This document shows, one piece after another, positions 63,546-64,000 of a stretch of 64,000 nt of DNA. Source of the DNA: Raja brachyura (lineage: Eukaryota); the NCBI GenBank assembly GCA_963514005.1, contig OY740801.1:16554001-16618000 (forward strand), given 5' to 3'. The translations under genes were made by a program, and so were the position numbers. Numbering within the stretch: the stretch's first letter is position 1; each line of letters starts with the position of its first letter. The notes under the pieces were generated by a model. It made no database searches, was not told the origin of the DNA, and saw only the letters and a program-made list of their open reading frames with translations.

Positions 63546-64000
63546 GTTACCCATTTTATTACATGTTACCCTGTATTTCGTTGAGTCTCAGCGTTCAAAG
63601 GTGCACACAAGTGGTTTCATGAAATAAATGTATTGCTGGACTTTTTGTCATTAATAAGGAAGATTGCACTTGTAATAGATGTATAATTTAACCAGCAGTA
63701 TTGGACACTTTTGATGTTAGATTAAATGTAATCTCGGTTACTTCATGAATTTTAAAATAGTAAGTATATAATTAATGGTAAATAAAATCTAGCATATTAA
63801 ATACATCGAATTATAGAATGATGGGATAAAACCTGAAACAACAACAGAAAGTGCTGGAAACACTAAGCCAATTAGGCAGCATCTGTGGAAATAGAAACAG
63901 TTAATGCTTCAGGTCAATTATACTTTTGTCAAATTTAAATGAAGTGCTGTTCAAAGTTGGTGTGCATTATCAGGTTATTTTGTATTGGATAGAAACATAG

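Overview
Vertebrate genomic DNA, most likely a cartilaginous fish (skate/ray-like; inferred from V-SINE/HE1-type SINEs and CR1, Penelope and Rex-Babar repeats). It holds two divergently transcribed genes. SOX8 is complete on the minus strand (3 coding exons: 11258-10837, 9516-9275, 7603-6876; 463 aa). The first two coding exons of LMF1 are on the plus strand (32034-32202, 49157-49466). This matches the known vertebrate SOX8/LMF1 head-to-head arrangement. Between the genes is a three-level nest of transposons: a Tc1 IR/DR element (24843-31398) is interrupted by an L2 LINE (about 25255-30174), which is itself interrupted by a ~1 kb TIR element (28352-29385). The most striking non-genic signal is a family of about 20 short, often fold-back repeats, several flanked by 10-18 bp target-site duplications (TSDs). 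They carry a minimal hammerhead-ribozyme core (CTGAAGA-A-GGGT[loop]ACCC-GAAACGTC), and longer copies are joined to Penelope-like RT/GIY-YIG ORF remnants. Most other ORFs in the track are LINE fragments, antisense shadows of SOX8, or noise. All calls were made by eye, with no database searches, and repeat boundaries are approximate unless a TSD or TIR is quoted.
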